Assembly: GCA_002269645.1 (NCBI GenBank)
Contig: NIVC01002336.1
Span: 1-64,000 of the forward strand
Reading direction: 5' to 3'
Length of the DNA: 64,000 bases
Origin: Macrostomum lignano
Lineage: Eukaryota
Made by a program: the position numbers and the translations under genes. The notes beneath the pieces were generated by a model, which was given only the letters and a program-made list of their open reading frames with translations, had not been told where the DNA came from and did not search any database. This document shows positions 11,671 to 23,477 of this stretch, piece by piece (position 1 is the stretch's first letter; each line of letters starts with the position of its first letter).

Positions 11671-11719
11671 CCTGGCCCAGGGAATACTCTACTCTATGTA
11701 AAGTATTCCCTGCCTGGCC
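11671..11719. mobile_element. 35-bp DNA-transposon footprint with TIRs and a 7-bp target-site duplication
   Basis: cctggcc [CAGGGAATACTCTACTC T ATGTAAAGTATTCCCTG] cctggcc. The inverted ends match at 14 of the first 15 bp and the 7-bp direct repeats are exact. Confidence 0.75.
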
Positions 11720-12157
11720 GTAGTTGTCATTTGAGCTCCCCAATTCCCACAGAATCTCGACGCTTCGAACCCGCAAAGCCACAAAATAAAATTGCGAATG
11801 ATTTATTGCCGCAAATTCTAAAAATAGCATCATAACTATAAATAAGATTTTTTAGGTCTTAGTAGAGCCCATAGGTCTTTGTTCCAGACAGACACGGTCA
11901 CAGATAGACCAGATAAACTTGACTGTTGCATGCATCCAACATTGCTTGTCTGGGCTCGTTTGTTGCCAAATTACAAAGCAAAAATGGTCCTCTCCCCGCG
12001 TGAACCGCATCCAAAAACGATCGATATTTGGGGCCTGGGGAGGCCAGCCGTCTGCCCCATTTTAAACCAGCATGCATATTAATACGGCCTGGGGACCGAA
12101 GTATGAATAGCAAGGCCAACTAATTTTACACAGCTAAGCAAACTTATTCAAAACGAA

Positions 12158-12703
12158 ATGGAACAACAATCGGAATCTTCCAAATTGCCGAGAAAAATAA
12201 GAGGAAATCACGGCAGCTTTTGCTGCGCTTTTGGCTGCTCAAACAACGCAGCAATGTCTCTGCCCGGAGTGTCCTTCCATACTTTTCCAAAGGACAAGCA
12301 GCTCAGGAACAGGTGGCTGGTAGCGCTGAGACGAAAAAACTTCGAGCCATCGCCATCCACGCAAGTCTGCTCGATTCATTTTGAGCAATCCTGCTTCAAG
12401 GAGCAGTTCGCAGGCTTTCTGCCTACCGTCAGAAGACGCCTGTATCCGAACGCCGTTCCTTCCATCTTCCCGGCGTTCCCTGACCATCTGCAGCCGAAAG
12501 CTGAAAAGAAACGAAAGACTGCCACCGCGGCCGCAGCTCGCGAAATTGATTCCGCTGCATTTTGTCAATCAACAGAGAGCAGCAGCAGCAAGCCGAAAGC
12601 CCCTGTGGCTGGCAGTGAAAAAGATGAGCATCCAAGACCGGACCTCCATGCTAACTGCTTCGATAAGGTGAAGATCTCAAGCGCAGATACAGTAGGCTTC
12701 TAG
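12158..12703 (+). mobile_element. THAP (C2CH zinc finger) ORF; 5' part of a P-element/THAP9-like transposase relic
   Basis: CCAFGC...SFHTFPKD...RWLVALRR...VCSIHF...AVPSIFP is a complete THAP motif set. Possible donors at 12668 and 12692. Confidence 0.88.
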
Positions 12704-12816
12704 CTGCTCATTGCCGGCCCAATAAAAGTGCAGCTAGGCTAATGAAATCCTAGTACGTTTGCTTTATAGTCCAGATCGGCCCACCAAGCCTCTCTGTCCG
12801 GTCATCGGGTCCTTTG

Positions 12817-15123
12817 AAACTTCACAATTGCAATTCGGCCCGCTCCAGGCTTGTCTCTTTTCAGCTATCTTCTCTAATCTCCTCTCTCCTCATCTTTCTT
12901 ATCCTCTCTCCTCTCCTCTCCTCTCCTCTCTCTTCTCTCCTCGCCCCTCTCTCTCCTCTCCTCTCTGGTCTTTCTTTTCCTCTCCTCTCCTCTCCTCTCC
13001 TCTCCTCTCCTCTCCTCTCCGGTCTTTCTTTTCCTCTCCTCTCCTCTCCTCTCCTCTCCTCTCCTCTCCTCTCCTCTCCTCTCCTCTCCTCTCCTCTCCT
13101 CTCCTCTCCTCTCCTCTCCTCTCCTCTCCTCTCCTCTCCTCTCCTCTCCTCTCCTCTCCTCTCCTCTCCTCTCCTCTCCTCTCCTCTCCTCTCCTCTCCT
13201 CTCCTCTCCTCTCCTCTCCTCTCCTCTCCTCTCCTCTCCTCTCCTCTCCTCTCCTCTCCTCTCCCTCTCCTCTCCTCTCCTCTCCTCTCCTCTCCTCTCC
13301 TCTCTCTCTCTCCTCTCCTCTCCTCTCTCTCCTCTCCTCTCCGGTCTTTCTTTTCCTCTCCTCCTCCTCTCCTCTCCTCTCCTCTCCTCTCCTCTCCTCT
13401 CCTCTCCTCTCCTCTCCTCTCCTCTCCTCTCCTCTCCTCCTCTCTCTCCTCTCCTCTCTCTCCTCTCCTCTCCTCTCCTCTCCTCTCCTCTCCTCTCCTC
13501 TCCTCTCTCTCTCCTCTCCTCTCCTCTCCTCTCCTCTCTCTCCTCCTCTCCTCTCCTCTCCTCTCCTCTCCTCTCCTCTCCTCTCCTCTCCTCTCCTCTC
13601 CTCTCCTCTCCTCTCCTCTCCTCCTCCTCTCCTCTCCTCTCCTCTCCTCTCCTCTCCTCTCCTCTCCTCTCTCTCCTTCCTCTCCTCTCCTCTCCTCTCC
13701 TCTCCTCTCCTCCTCTCCTCTCCTCTCCTCTCCTCTCCTCTCCTCTCCTCTCTCTCTCCTCTCCTCTCCTCTCCTCTCCTCTCCTCTCCTCCTCTCCTCT
13801 CCTCTCCTCTCCTCTCCTCTCCTCTCCTCTCTCTCCTCTCCTCTCCTCTCCTCTCCTCTCCTCTCCTCTCCTCTCCTCTCCTCTCCTCCCTCCTCTCCTC
13901 TCCTCTCCTCTCCTCTCTCTCCTCTCCTCTCCTCTCCTCTCTCCTCTCCTCTCCTCTCCTCTCCTCTCCTCTCTCTCCTCTCCTCTCCTCTCCTCTCTCT
14001 CTCCTCTCCTCTCCTCTCTCTCCTCTCCTCTCCTCTCCTCTCCTCTCCTCTCCTCTCCTCTCCTCTCCTCTCCTCTCCTCTCCTCTCCTCTCCTCCTCCT
14101 CTCCTCTCCTCTCCTCTCCTCTCCTCTCCTCTCCTCTCCTCTCCTCTCCTCTCCTCTCCTCTCCCTCCTCTCTCTCCTCTCTCTCTCCTCTCCTCTCCTC
14201 TCCTCTCTCTCTCTCCTCTCCTCTCCTCTCCTCTCCTCTCCTCTCTCTCCTCTCCTCTCCTCCTCTCCTCTCCTCTCCTCTCCTCTCCTCTCCTCTCCTC
14301 TCCTCTCCTCTCCTCTCCTCTCCTCTCCTCTCCTCTCCTCTCTCTCTCTCCTCTCCTCTCCTCTCCTCTCCTCTCCTCTCCTCTCCTCTCCTCTCCTCTC
14401 CTCTCCTCTCCTCTCCTCTCCTCTCCTCTCCTCTCCTCTCCTCTCCTCTCCTCTCCTCCTCTCCTCTCCTCTCCTCTCCTCTCCTCTCCTCTCCTCTCCT
14501 CTCCTCTCCTCTCCTCTCCTCTCCTCTCCTCTCTCCTCTCCTCTCCTCTCCTCTCCTCTCCTCTCCTCTCCTCTCCTCTCCTCTCCTCTCCTCTCCTCTC
14601 CTCTCCTCTCCTCTCCTCTCCTCTCCTCTCCTCTCCTCTCCTCTCTCCTCTCCTCTCCTCTCCTCTCCTCTCCTCTCCTCTCCTCTCCTCTCCTCTCCTC
14701 TCCTCTCCTCTCCTCTCCTCTCCTCTCCTCTCCTCTCCTCTCCTCTCCTCTCCTCTCCTCTCCTCTCCTCTCTCCTCTCCTCTCCTCTCCTCTCCTCTCC
14801 TCTCTCTCCTCTCTCTCTCCTCTCCTCTCCTCTCCTCTCCTCTCCTCTCCTCTCCTCTCCTCTCCTCTCCTCTCCTCTCCTCTCCTCTCCTCTCCTCTCC
14901 TCTCTCTCTCCTCTCCTCTCCTCTCCTCTCCTCTCCTCTCCTCTCCTCTCCTCTCCTCTCCTCTCTCTCTCTCCTCTCCTCTCCTCTCCTCTCCTCTCCT
15001 CTCCTCTCCTCTCCTCTCCTCTCCTCTCCTCTCCTCTCCTCTTCCTCTCTCCCCTCCTCTGGCCCGCAGTCACGCGCTAGGTTCTCCATCTGGCCCTGGA
15101 GACAAAGAGTTTGCCAACCCCTG
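12817..15123 (-). mobile_element. hAT-type MITE nested in the THAP element, with its core expanded to (CTCCT)n
   Basis: TIR TTGCCAACCCCTG at 15111-15123. Positions 12817-12875 are the reverse complement of the conserved part of the 1113-1262 copy. The second TIR is not found. Confidence 0.6.
12880..15058. repeat. (CTCCT)n pentanucleotide tract, about 2.2 kb
   Basis: Direct reading; source of the SSPLL/EERRG ORFs. Confidence 0.98.
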
Positions 15124-15826
15124 CTCCAGAACAAGTACCGCAGAATTCGATCTCTCCGCTCAAAGCATAAGGCGAATTAAACAAAGAGCCAAGTCTACGA
15201 AAGATTTGATTCGAGAATTAAAAGCCAAATGTATTTTGAATGAAGCTGCTGCATCTCAGCTGAGCAGTTTGCCGAGTAATTCTACTAAGAGGGCAAGACA
15301 ATTCTCCCACGAAGTATTCGAGAAGCATTCGAGTTTGTGGCACTTTGAGCTTGAGAAGAGAAGTATTCGAGTTTGTGGCACTTTGAGCTTGAGAGAAATA
15401 TTCGAGTTTGTGGCACTTTGAGCTTGAGAAGTATTCGAGTTTGTGGCACTTTGAGCTTGAGAAGAGAAGTATTCGAGTTTGTGGCACTTTGAGCTTGAGA
15501 GAAATATTCGAGTTTGTGGCACTTTGAGCTTGAGAAGTATTCGAGTTTGTGGCACTTTGAGCTTGAGAAGAGAAGCATTCGAGTTTGTGGCACTTTGAGC
15601 TTGAGAAGAGAAGTATTCGAGTTTGTGGCACTTTGAGCTTGAGAAGAGAAGTATTCGAGTTTGTAACACTTTGAGCTTGAGAAGTATTCGAGTTTGTAAC
15701 ACTTTGAGCTTGAGAAGTATTCGAGTTTGTAACACTTTGAGTTTGAGAAGAGAAGTATTCGAGTTTGTGAACGAGTTAAATCTAGGGCTTGTAAACCCCC
15801 GTTGTTCCACCTTGACTTCCTTTTAG
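15124..15826 (+). pseudogene. Continuation of the P-like transposase relic (coiled coil and start of core), broken by a minisatellite
   Basis: AQSIRRIKQRAKSTKDLIRELKAKCILNEAAASQLSSL...RARQFSHEV and, after the array, EVFEFVNELNLGLVNPRCSTL resemble the post-THAP region of P transposases as I recall it. Confidence 0.45.
15305..15770. repeat. Minisatellite, 33/38-bp unit AGAAGTATTCGAGTTTGTGGCACTTTGAGCTTGAGAAG
   Basis: Direct reading. Confidence 0.95.
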
Positions 15827-16223
15827 ACTTGGTGTAAGCAATACTAGTGCTATATCTTATATGCATTTAGTAAATTTGGGGAGAGGTGCAGATGTGCAGC
15901 GAGTGCACAGCTGTGGTTGTCTGTCTGGGGACGTCAATACGGTGTTTTTTTCGCTTTATATTATAAAATTCTAAACTAGCCCTTTAGAGGTCTGACTCAG
16001 CCATTTGTTCCAACAAAAAATTCCGAATATTGTTTCGATGAAACAACTTCAAACCCCTCACTGTGACCGCCGCCACGAGCGGACTCGAGGGGCCTGGGCT
16101 GCATTATTTATAGCATAAATATACGGAAGGCTTGAGACTATTTATATCAATGAAGACTGCCTGAGGAACCCAGACCCAGCCTTAGTGTAATTCACTGAAC
16201 TCACCGAATTTCTAACTTTGCAG

Positions 16224-16347
16224 CACAAACTGCAGCAGAAGGGCGGCGGCCTGCTCACCGATCCCAACAAGCTGGCCTCCGTGCTGCCCGCCTCTGCGGC
16301 ATCTGCGGCGACTGGGTTTGCCAACAGCCTGCCTACTGATACGGGTG
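16224..16347 (+). CDS. ZFHX: ZFHX coding exon 2
   Basis: tttgcag|CAC...GGT G|gtgagc; HKLQQKGGGLLTDPNKLASVL...; phase 0 to 1 fits both neighbours. Confidence 0.8.
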
Positions 16348-16449
16348 GTGAGCACCGGCGCTTTGCTTTGCCTTGCTCGGCTTTTATTCATTAATTACAA
16401 GTCATAGCAGCTGCAGTTCTCGCACAATTCAACTGTCTATGAGCGATAT

Positions 16450-17455
16450 GAGTGCCACCCTATAACAGTGCCACCCCACAACAGTGCCACCTCACAACAG
16501 TGCCACCTCACAACAGTGCCACCTCACAACAGTGCCACCTCACAACAGTGCCACCTCACAACAATGCCACCCTATAACAGTGCCACCCCACAACAGTGCC
16601 ACCTCACAACAGTGCCACCTCACAACAGTGCCACCTCACAACAGTGCCACCCCACAACAGTGCCACCTCACAACAGTGCCACCTCACAACAGTGCCACCT
16701 CACAACAGTGCCACCTCACAACAGTGCCACCCCACAACAGTGCCACCCCACAACAGTGCCACCTCACAACAGTGCCACCTCACAACAGTGCCACCTCACA
16801 ACAGTGCCACCCCACAACAGTGCCACCCCACAACAGTGCCACCTCACAACAATGCCACCTCACAACAGTGCCACCTCACAACAGTGCCACCCCACAACAG
16901 TGCCACCCCACAACAGTGCCACCTCACAACAGTGCCACCTCACAACAGTGCCACCCCACAACAGTGCCACCTCACAACAGTGCCACCCCACAACAGTGCC
17001 ACCTCACAACAGTGCCACCTCACAACAGTGCCACCCCACAACAGTGCCACCTCACAACAGTGCCACCCCACAACAGTGCCACCTCACAACAGTGCCACCC
17101 CACAACAGTGCCACCTCACAACAGTGACACCTCACAACAATGCCACCTCACAACAGTGCCACCTCACAACAGTGCCACCTCACAACAGTGCCACCTCACA
17201 ACAGTGCCACCTCACAACAGTGCCACCTCACAACAGTGCCACCTCACAACAATGCCACCTCACAACAATGCCACCTCACAACAGTGCCACCTCACAACAG
17301 TGCCACCTCACAACAGTGCCACCTCACAACAGTGCCACCTCACAACAGTGCCACCCCACAACAGTGCCACCTCACAACAGTGCCACCTCACAACAGTGCC
17401 ACCTCACAACAGTGCCACCTCACAACAGTGCCACCCCACAACAGTGCCACCCCAG
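16450..17455. repeat. Minisatellite, 16-bp unit CACAACAGTGCCACCT
   Basis: Direct reading. Confidence 0.98.
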
Positions 17456-18202
17456 TGCAATAAATTAGCTTACTATAAACTCATTCGAACACGTGACTAC
17501 TTGTAAGGTAGTTGATCATATTCATACCTCATTCGGTGCCCTATAATAGTATTAGTTGAAATCGTACGCATAGCCACGAGCAGTTGCTAAGTGTGAAATT
17601 CTACAATTACTATGCAAAAAGCATCCAGAGAAAAAATGACAAAAACTATAGCACAGCTTTACAAGCGCCACTAACTCAACTGCTCATTCATTTCTCTTTT
17701 GCTAAACTTCTACAATCTTAATTATACACAGCTATGAGTAAACCGAGTGAGATGGCTGCCTTACCCGCCTCTCTGAGCTGCCCCCAGACTGAGACAATGC
17801 TGGATACAGTTTGAGACAATGTAAGGCGGACACTGTTGGCTGTAAAAAACTTAAAAGAACCCTGCTACACACTGGGTAGAGACACACAGAGACAGAGCAA
17901 GGTTTAAGAAAAGAATAATTTCTTATTTATCTTTTCCAGAATCCAGAATCCCGACTATCAGGGCAGGCTGCAGCTTGTTTACAAAATCTTCTTGTGAAAA
18001 TGATAGAAGATGGCGCTATAGAAAAAGAAGCATGCAGTAACGAGAGACAGTCACAGCACAGGTTAAGTAGTACAGCTCACTGTAAGAATAGAAAATACAA
18101 AATATTACCGTAGTGATAGCAAAAATGGCGAAAGACGCCACTTATAATACACATATTAATAACACAATTTACAATAAACTACCGTGTATTGTAAATAGCA
18201 AC

Positions 18203-18460
18203 GCCCTCTTGCCCCGATCCTTCAGGACCTGGTGCTGCCCTCTTGCCCCGATCCTTCAGGACCTGGTGCTGCCCTCTTGCCCTGATCCTTCAGGACCTGG
18301 TGCTGCCCTCTTGCCCTGATCCTTCAGGACCTGGTGCTGCCCTCTTGCCCTGATCCTTCAGGACCTGGTGCTGTCCTCTTGCCCTGATCCTTCAGGACCT
18401 GGTGCTGCCCTCTTGCCCTGATCCTTTAGGACCTGGTGCTGCCCTTTAGCCCCGATCCTT
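18203..18460. repeat. Minisatellite, 34-bp unit CCCTCTTGCCCTGATCCTTCAGGACCTGGTGCTG (about 7 copies)
   Basis: Direct reading. Confidence 0.95.
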
Positions 18461-19479
18461 GCGATTTCCTATCCTTCAGAGACTGTTTGTACTCGCACTA
18501 CATTTGGTTATTTTGCAAAGATATTTAAGGTATTGCCGCTTCAGTTATAATTGATAAAAGTTGGAACGATCGGCTTAGACTTTATAGTTAAATTGATTTA
18601 TAGCAAGGATTTTCGGGTTCAATAAGCGACTTACAAATAAAGTTTGAAAAGCTTCTGTGACTCAGTTGCCAAAGTGGATTCAGACACTCATAGCCTACTT
18701 ACAAAGTGTGCACGGCCCGCTGAGTTTTCATAATCTTGATCTGCCCCGAAGAGCTTCTGAACTTCACCTTTTGCCCCCAACCCCCTTAGGCAAGCCCTAT
18801 AAAGGTTTCCCATTCGCACGCCTGCCTGCTCACGTAACCGAGCCCTGTATGGACTTGTGTTTCCCGGAAAGCGCTATGGGGTCAGGAGTTCAGACAGCCG
18901 GAATAAAACTACTCAATTGAGCTTCCTCGATTCCCGCCGATATTGTTTTACAGTTTAGACTGTTTATCGATCGCATCCGAGCGTCATTGTTCCAGGACCG
19001 GCTTATAGGCCATTTCACTGGCTCAACAGTGGGCTCCATTTTTTTGATAGGAAAAACCTCTTCATCGAGGCTGCTCCCGTGCCCTTGACAACTGAGACAC
19101 TGATCGAGTGGGCCGTCATGTCTATTTGAAGTGGAAATCGAACCAACAATTGTCATTTGTTTGTTTAGCGTTGTTTTATATGCATGAATGCTTGTCAATC
19201 TTTTTCTAGATTCTCTTTCAACCCGAAATTTTGCATTATTTATTCATCATTCATTGTTCAAGCGAGGCTGTTACGAGCTAGTGCTCGAATTTCGGCAATA
19301 TACCTGCATATTTAGCCATATTTAGCCATTAGCCATTGAGTCCATAGAGGTTTTGGACAACGGTTTTTTATGCCTGATGCGACTACTGTTAGTAATGCGC
19401 CTGAAAAATACAATTAAAAATTATAGGGTAGTATATCATTGACACTTGGCAAGCTAGTACACGGAATGATGCACTATCC

Positions 19480-20085
19480 TAGTGGCTACCCTAGTAACCC
19501 TCTACCTAGCTCTGTGTGGTAGGCTACCCTAGTAACCCTCTACCTAGCTCTGTGTGGTAGGCTACGAGTACCCTAGTAACCCTCTACCTAGCTCTGTGTG
19601 GTAGGCTACCCTAGTAACCCTCTACCTAGCTCTGTGTGGTAGGCTACCCTAGTAACCCTCTACCTAGCTCTGTGTGGTAGGCTACGAGTACCCTAGTAAC
19701 CCTCTACCTAGCTCTGTGTGGTAGGCTACCCTAGTAACCCTCTACCTAGCTCTGTGTGGTAGGCTACGAGTACCCTAGTAACCCTCTACCTAGCTCTGTG
19801 TGGTAGGCTACCCTAGTAACCCTCTACCTCAGTGTGGTAGGCAGGCTACCCTAGTAGCCCTCTACCTAGCTCTGTGTGGTAGGCTACCCTAGTATCCCTC
19901 TACCTAAGTGTGGTAGACAGGCTACCCTAGTAGCCCTCTACCTCAGTGTGGTAGGCAGGCTCCTCAGTGTGGTAGGCAGGCTACCCTAGTAGCCCTCTAC
20001 CTCAGTGTGATCGGCAGGTTCCTCAGTGTGGTAGACAGGCTACCCTAGTAGCTCCACCTCAGTGTGGTAGGCAGACTACTCTAGT
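19480..20085. repeat. Minisatellite, about 38-bp unit GGCTACCCTAGTAACCCTCTACCTAGCTCTGTGTGGTA
   Basis: Direct reading; units diverge towards the 3' end. Confidence 0.95.
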
Positions 20086-21704
20086 ACTTGATTCCAAATC
20101 TCAGAAACTGCCCAACAACGGTAGATGACTTTGAGTAAAAGCAAGAACTTTGCAACTGCTTGCAACATTGCAGCTATTTTTGCTGCTGCTGCTTTAAGCC
20201 CTGAAAAAAATAAAGCCGCTGGCACAACACCTGCCTCAGTTACCTACCGGGCTTGGGGCAACCGGCTGCTCCGGCCATCCCAGGCCCTTGGCTGGCCTGA
20301 TTTTTCATCCCCTCTGCTTCTTCTTCTTCCTCCCAGTCTTCCCCTCGGAGCAAGTGAAGAAGAAGATTTGAAGAAAGAGAGAACAGCCAGAAAGAATCTG
20401 CGTGCTCCACTCACACCTACCTGCCCGGGTCCTTAGCGGGAGTTTTGAGCACGAAACAATGTTTCCCATGGGGTCCCGCAGCCTCGGCTTCCCCCGCAGC
20501 CCGCGCTCTCGCATCCGGTGCTGCAAGAGAATGGAGACCCATTCCTTAGCCCCCTGCTTTGTCTCGTGATAGAGCACCCAGCACAAATGCACTTCCTGAC
20601 CAGCTCAAAAGCCTGCTCATTGTTTGGGGCCCCCGCCCCGGGCTCTGAGACTTGGCAATTGACGATTGCCCGGGCTGTGATTAAAACTCCTTGAGGATCT
20701 GCTCCGGGGATGGGGAGGGGGTGGCTTCTGTCGCTGCTTCCTCCCGCAGGCCTTCCTTCTTTTCTTCTTCCTTCAGTCAGCATCGGCTTCCATCATCCTT
20801 GCCCAGTTTACGGTAGCTGACTGTGTGACGGAGCGCCCCCCCCACACCCAGCCATTGTCTAATTGGTCTCGCTAATAATAAAGTTGGGACAGTTGCCTTC
20901 TCGCGCTGCTCTGGCTTGCAAGAGTTTCGTGAGTCTGTGTGTGCCGGGAGAGAGAGAGGGACCTCTGTCCCCACCCCTATCGCCTTTATATGAGCTTCAT
21001 CTGCTCAAACCCCAGCTCCAAGACTCCCATTGGGACCCGCCAGCCCAACCACCCATCCCCAGAAAATCTGCATGTGAAAGCAAGACGCTGCAACCCCCCT
21101 TTTCTTTCTCCCTCCCGCCTCTCTCTATTTTATTCCTCAATCTCTCTTTCTCATTTTAATCCCAACGTTGCGCCTTTTCTTCCCGATCTCGTCCGTTTTC
21201 AACTTGAGTCTGCAGTCTTAATAAATCCCGCTTTTAAGGGGGGAGGGGGTTGCCTAATCTTTCCATTAGAGAGAGGGAGGGAGAGCATCGCATTGGCTGA
21301 TCCCATTCTATTCATGGAAAATAATAGCTGGCTGACCCGCAACTCCTTTATTTCTCTAGCCGCCCCCGCCATCCCAGCCTCCTCTACACAATTCAAAACT
21401 CCAGATTCAATTCATTCATTCAGTTTTTTAATCCACCGGACCGGCCACTCTGAGGGGTTTTTCGCCGCTCCAAGATAAACAGCGCGAACTAGAGAGCCGC
21501 GTATATTTATATCTTCATCTCAGAAATTTTCGTTAGTTGCCAGGGCTTTTTCCCCCTGATTGCGAGACGTAGCATTTTGCCGGTATTTCCTGGTGAGTCC
21601 TTTTCAAAGCTCTGCAGTGTTGCCAAAACTAGGGGCCCCCCATATCGCCCCATCCGCAGTTCCCAAATTTGCATATCCCCCAACAACTACTTTGATGTGT
21701 TCTT

Positions 21705-21965
21705 TGGCGCCTCTTGGCGCTGTCGCCCCTTGGTGCTGGCACCCCTTGGTACTGGCGCCCCTTGGCGCTGGCGCCCCTTGGCGCTGGCGCCCCTTGGCGC
21801 TGGCGCCCCTTGGTGCTGGCGTCCCTTGGTGCTGGCGCCCCTTGGTGCTGGTGCCCCTTGGTGCTGGCGCCCCTTGGTGCTGGCGCCCCTTGGTGCTGGC
21901 GCCCCTTGGTGCTGGTGCCCCTTGGTGCTGGCGCCTCTTGGTGCTGGCGCCCCTTGGCGCCCCTC
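21705..21965. repeat. Minisatellite, 16-bp unit GGCGCCCCTTGGTGCT
   Basis: Direct reading. Confidence 0.95.
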
Positions 21966-22369
21966 GCCCCCAATAGCAATCCTGGCTATTACCGTTGATT
22001 CCAATAATAATAAATTAATTAATACTGAAACTCGAACAACTTGCAGTCTCCTTGCAGTCCGCATCAGTGTTGGAATTATGAACTCAACCAGATTGAGCAG
22101 TCGAGTAAATGTCCAACCAATCTACCAGTCAATCTGTTATATATTTGTCTATATCATCTTAAGTCTTTAATAGCCTATCTCTGACTATAAGTTTTACCGC
22201 TTTATTTAGCACACGTGCAAGTGTGACTCTTCTACCTGTGTGTCTATCTGTACTTTAACTATACGCCAATCGTAGTGCCTGTCTCACTGTACAAATTAGC
22301 ATTTCAACTGCCAAGTGAGAGCTGTGAAAGGACCGGGGCAAGATAATTGGACTGCCTACGATCTATGAA

Positions 22370-22555
22370 GTAGGTTAGGTTTAAAGTTAGGTCAGAGTTT
22401 AGGATTTATGATTTAGGGCTTAGATTAAGGGTTTAGGATAGGATTTAAGTTAGATTTGTTTCCGGGTTTATGTCGGGTTTATAGCTAGGGTTAGGTTAGA
22501 TTTTTAGGGTTAGTGCGTAGGGAATTAGGTTTTAGAACAGGTTTTAGGTTATTAT
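22370..22555. repeat. Degenerate TTAGG(G)-rich tract (interstitial)
   Basis: Many gttagg/ttaggg words; similar to 36225-36258. Confidence 0.6.
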
Positions 22556-22975
22556 AGTGTTATGTTCGGCAGTTATGTTTGTGGCGTCCATGGTTACAGA
22601 CCCGCCGCAGGCTCAAGTGATTGGCATTGTGGCGCACTGGACAAGGCAAAAAACTTGAATTATGAAAAATGCTGGAGCTTTAAATTCCAGATCAAATTCA
22701 CTCTGTGCACTTTTGTACGAGTATGCACCTGTGCTGTGCTAGATCTCTTTGCTGGTACTAATGTCTTCTACGTTTCTAATTTAAAATTTTCTATTCTTCC
22801 AAAGAAAGCCTGTTTATATCTAATTTACTGTAATCTATAACTAATTAGCTAATTAGCTAATTAACTAATTAGCTAATCTAGTCAGAATTTTTCTATTTTC
22901 TAGCTCGTAGCTAACAGAATGTCTTGTCCGTGTGCACGACGCAAGTTCGAACCCACCCCCCCCCCTGTATTGCAG

Positions 22976-23425
22976 ACAGCAGTAGCAGCAGCGGCGCCGC
23001 TGATCCCAGCTCAACAATGCGTTACTCAGCTGCCAGGTCCAAGCTGGTGTACCTGTGCCCGTGCTGCCGCTGCGGCTGCTCGGCCGAAGGCGACTCCAGC
23101 ACCAAGTTCAACGCCCTTCGTAGCCACCTGCGCAGCGCCCACTCTGTCTCCGATGAGCAGCTGGAGAGATTCATCGAAATGGCCGACACGGCCGTGGAGG
23201 AGGCCGGCGGCCGGCGGCGGCAGCGGCAGCAGCGGGCGACGCCTCCGGCTGCCAGCAAAGAGGATGAGCAGGCGGAGGGCGCCGAGGTCGACGAGGACAT
23301 CGTTGACGTGACGGGTCCAGTCGAAGAGGAGCAGCCGGAGCTGCCCCTGGCATCATCGGCTGAAGCTGATGAAGAGGCTGCTGCTGACGAAACCGATTTT
23401 GTGATCACGTGCGACCCCAGCTGCG
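22976..23425 (+). CDS. ZFHX: ZFHX coding exon 3
   Basis: tattgcag|AC...TGC G|gtgagt; YLCPCC...LRSHLRSAHSVSDEQLERFI resembles the family motif HL...HSV..DC.EKLI. Confidence 0.88.
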
Positions 23426-23477
23426 GTGAGTGCCAGTGCCAGGCATTTTTGACCAAAAAATATAGGTGCGTCATTTA

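Noticed and set aside
1113-15123. CAGGGGTTGGCAA (1113) and TTGCCAACCCCTG (15111) as the two TIRs of one 14-kb transposon capturing SNF8 and ZFHX exon 1
   Set aside because: There is no TSD (acttagat versus ctccagaa), and internal homology shows both are the same end of two separate copies in opposite orientation.
11870-15930. Termini of the THAP element (CATAGG at 11870; CCAGACAGACA at 11883 versus its complement near 15914-15924)
   Set aside because: The matches are short, not collinear and have no TSD, so the element boundaries could not be defined.
21616-21990. hAT element with CAGTGTTGCCA ... TAGCAATCCTG ends around the 16-bp array
   Set aside because: Only 8 of 11 bases match and there is no 8-bp TSD.
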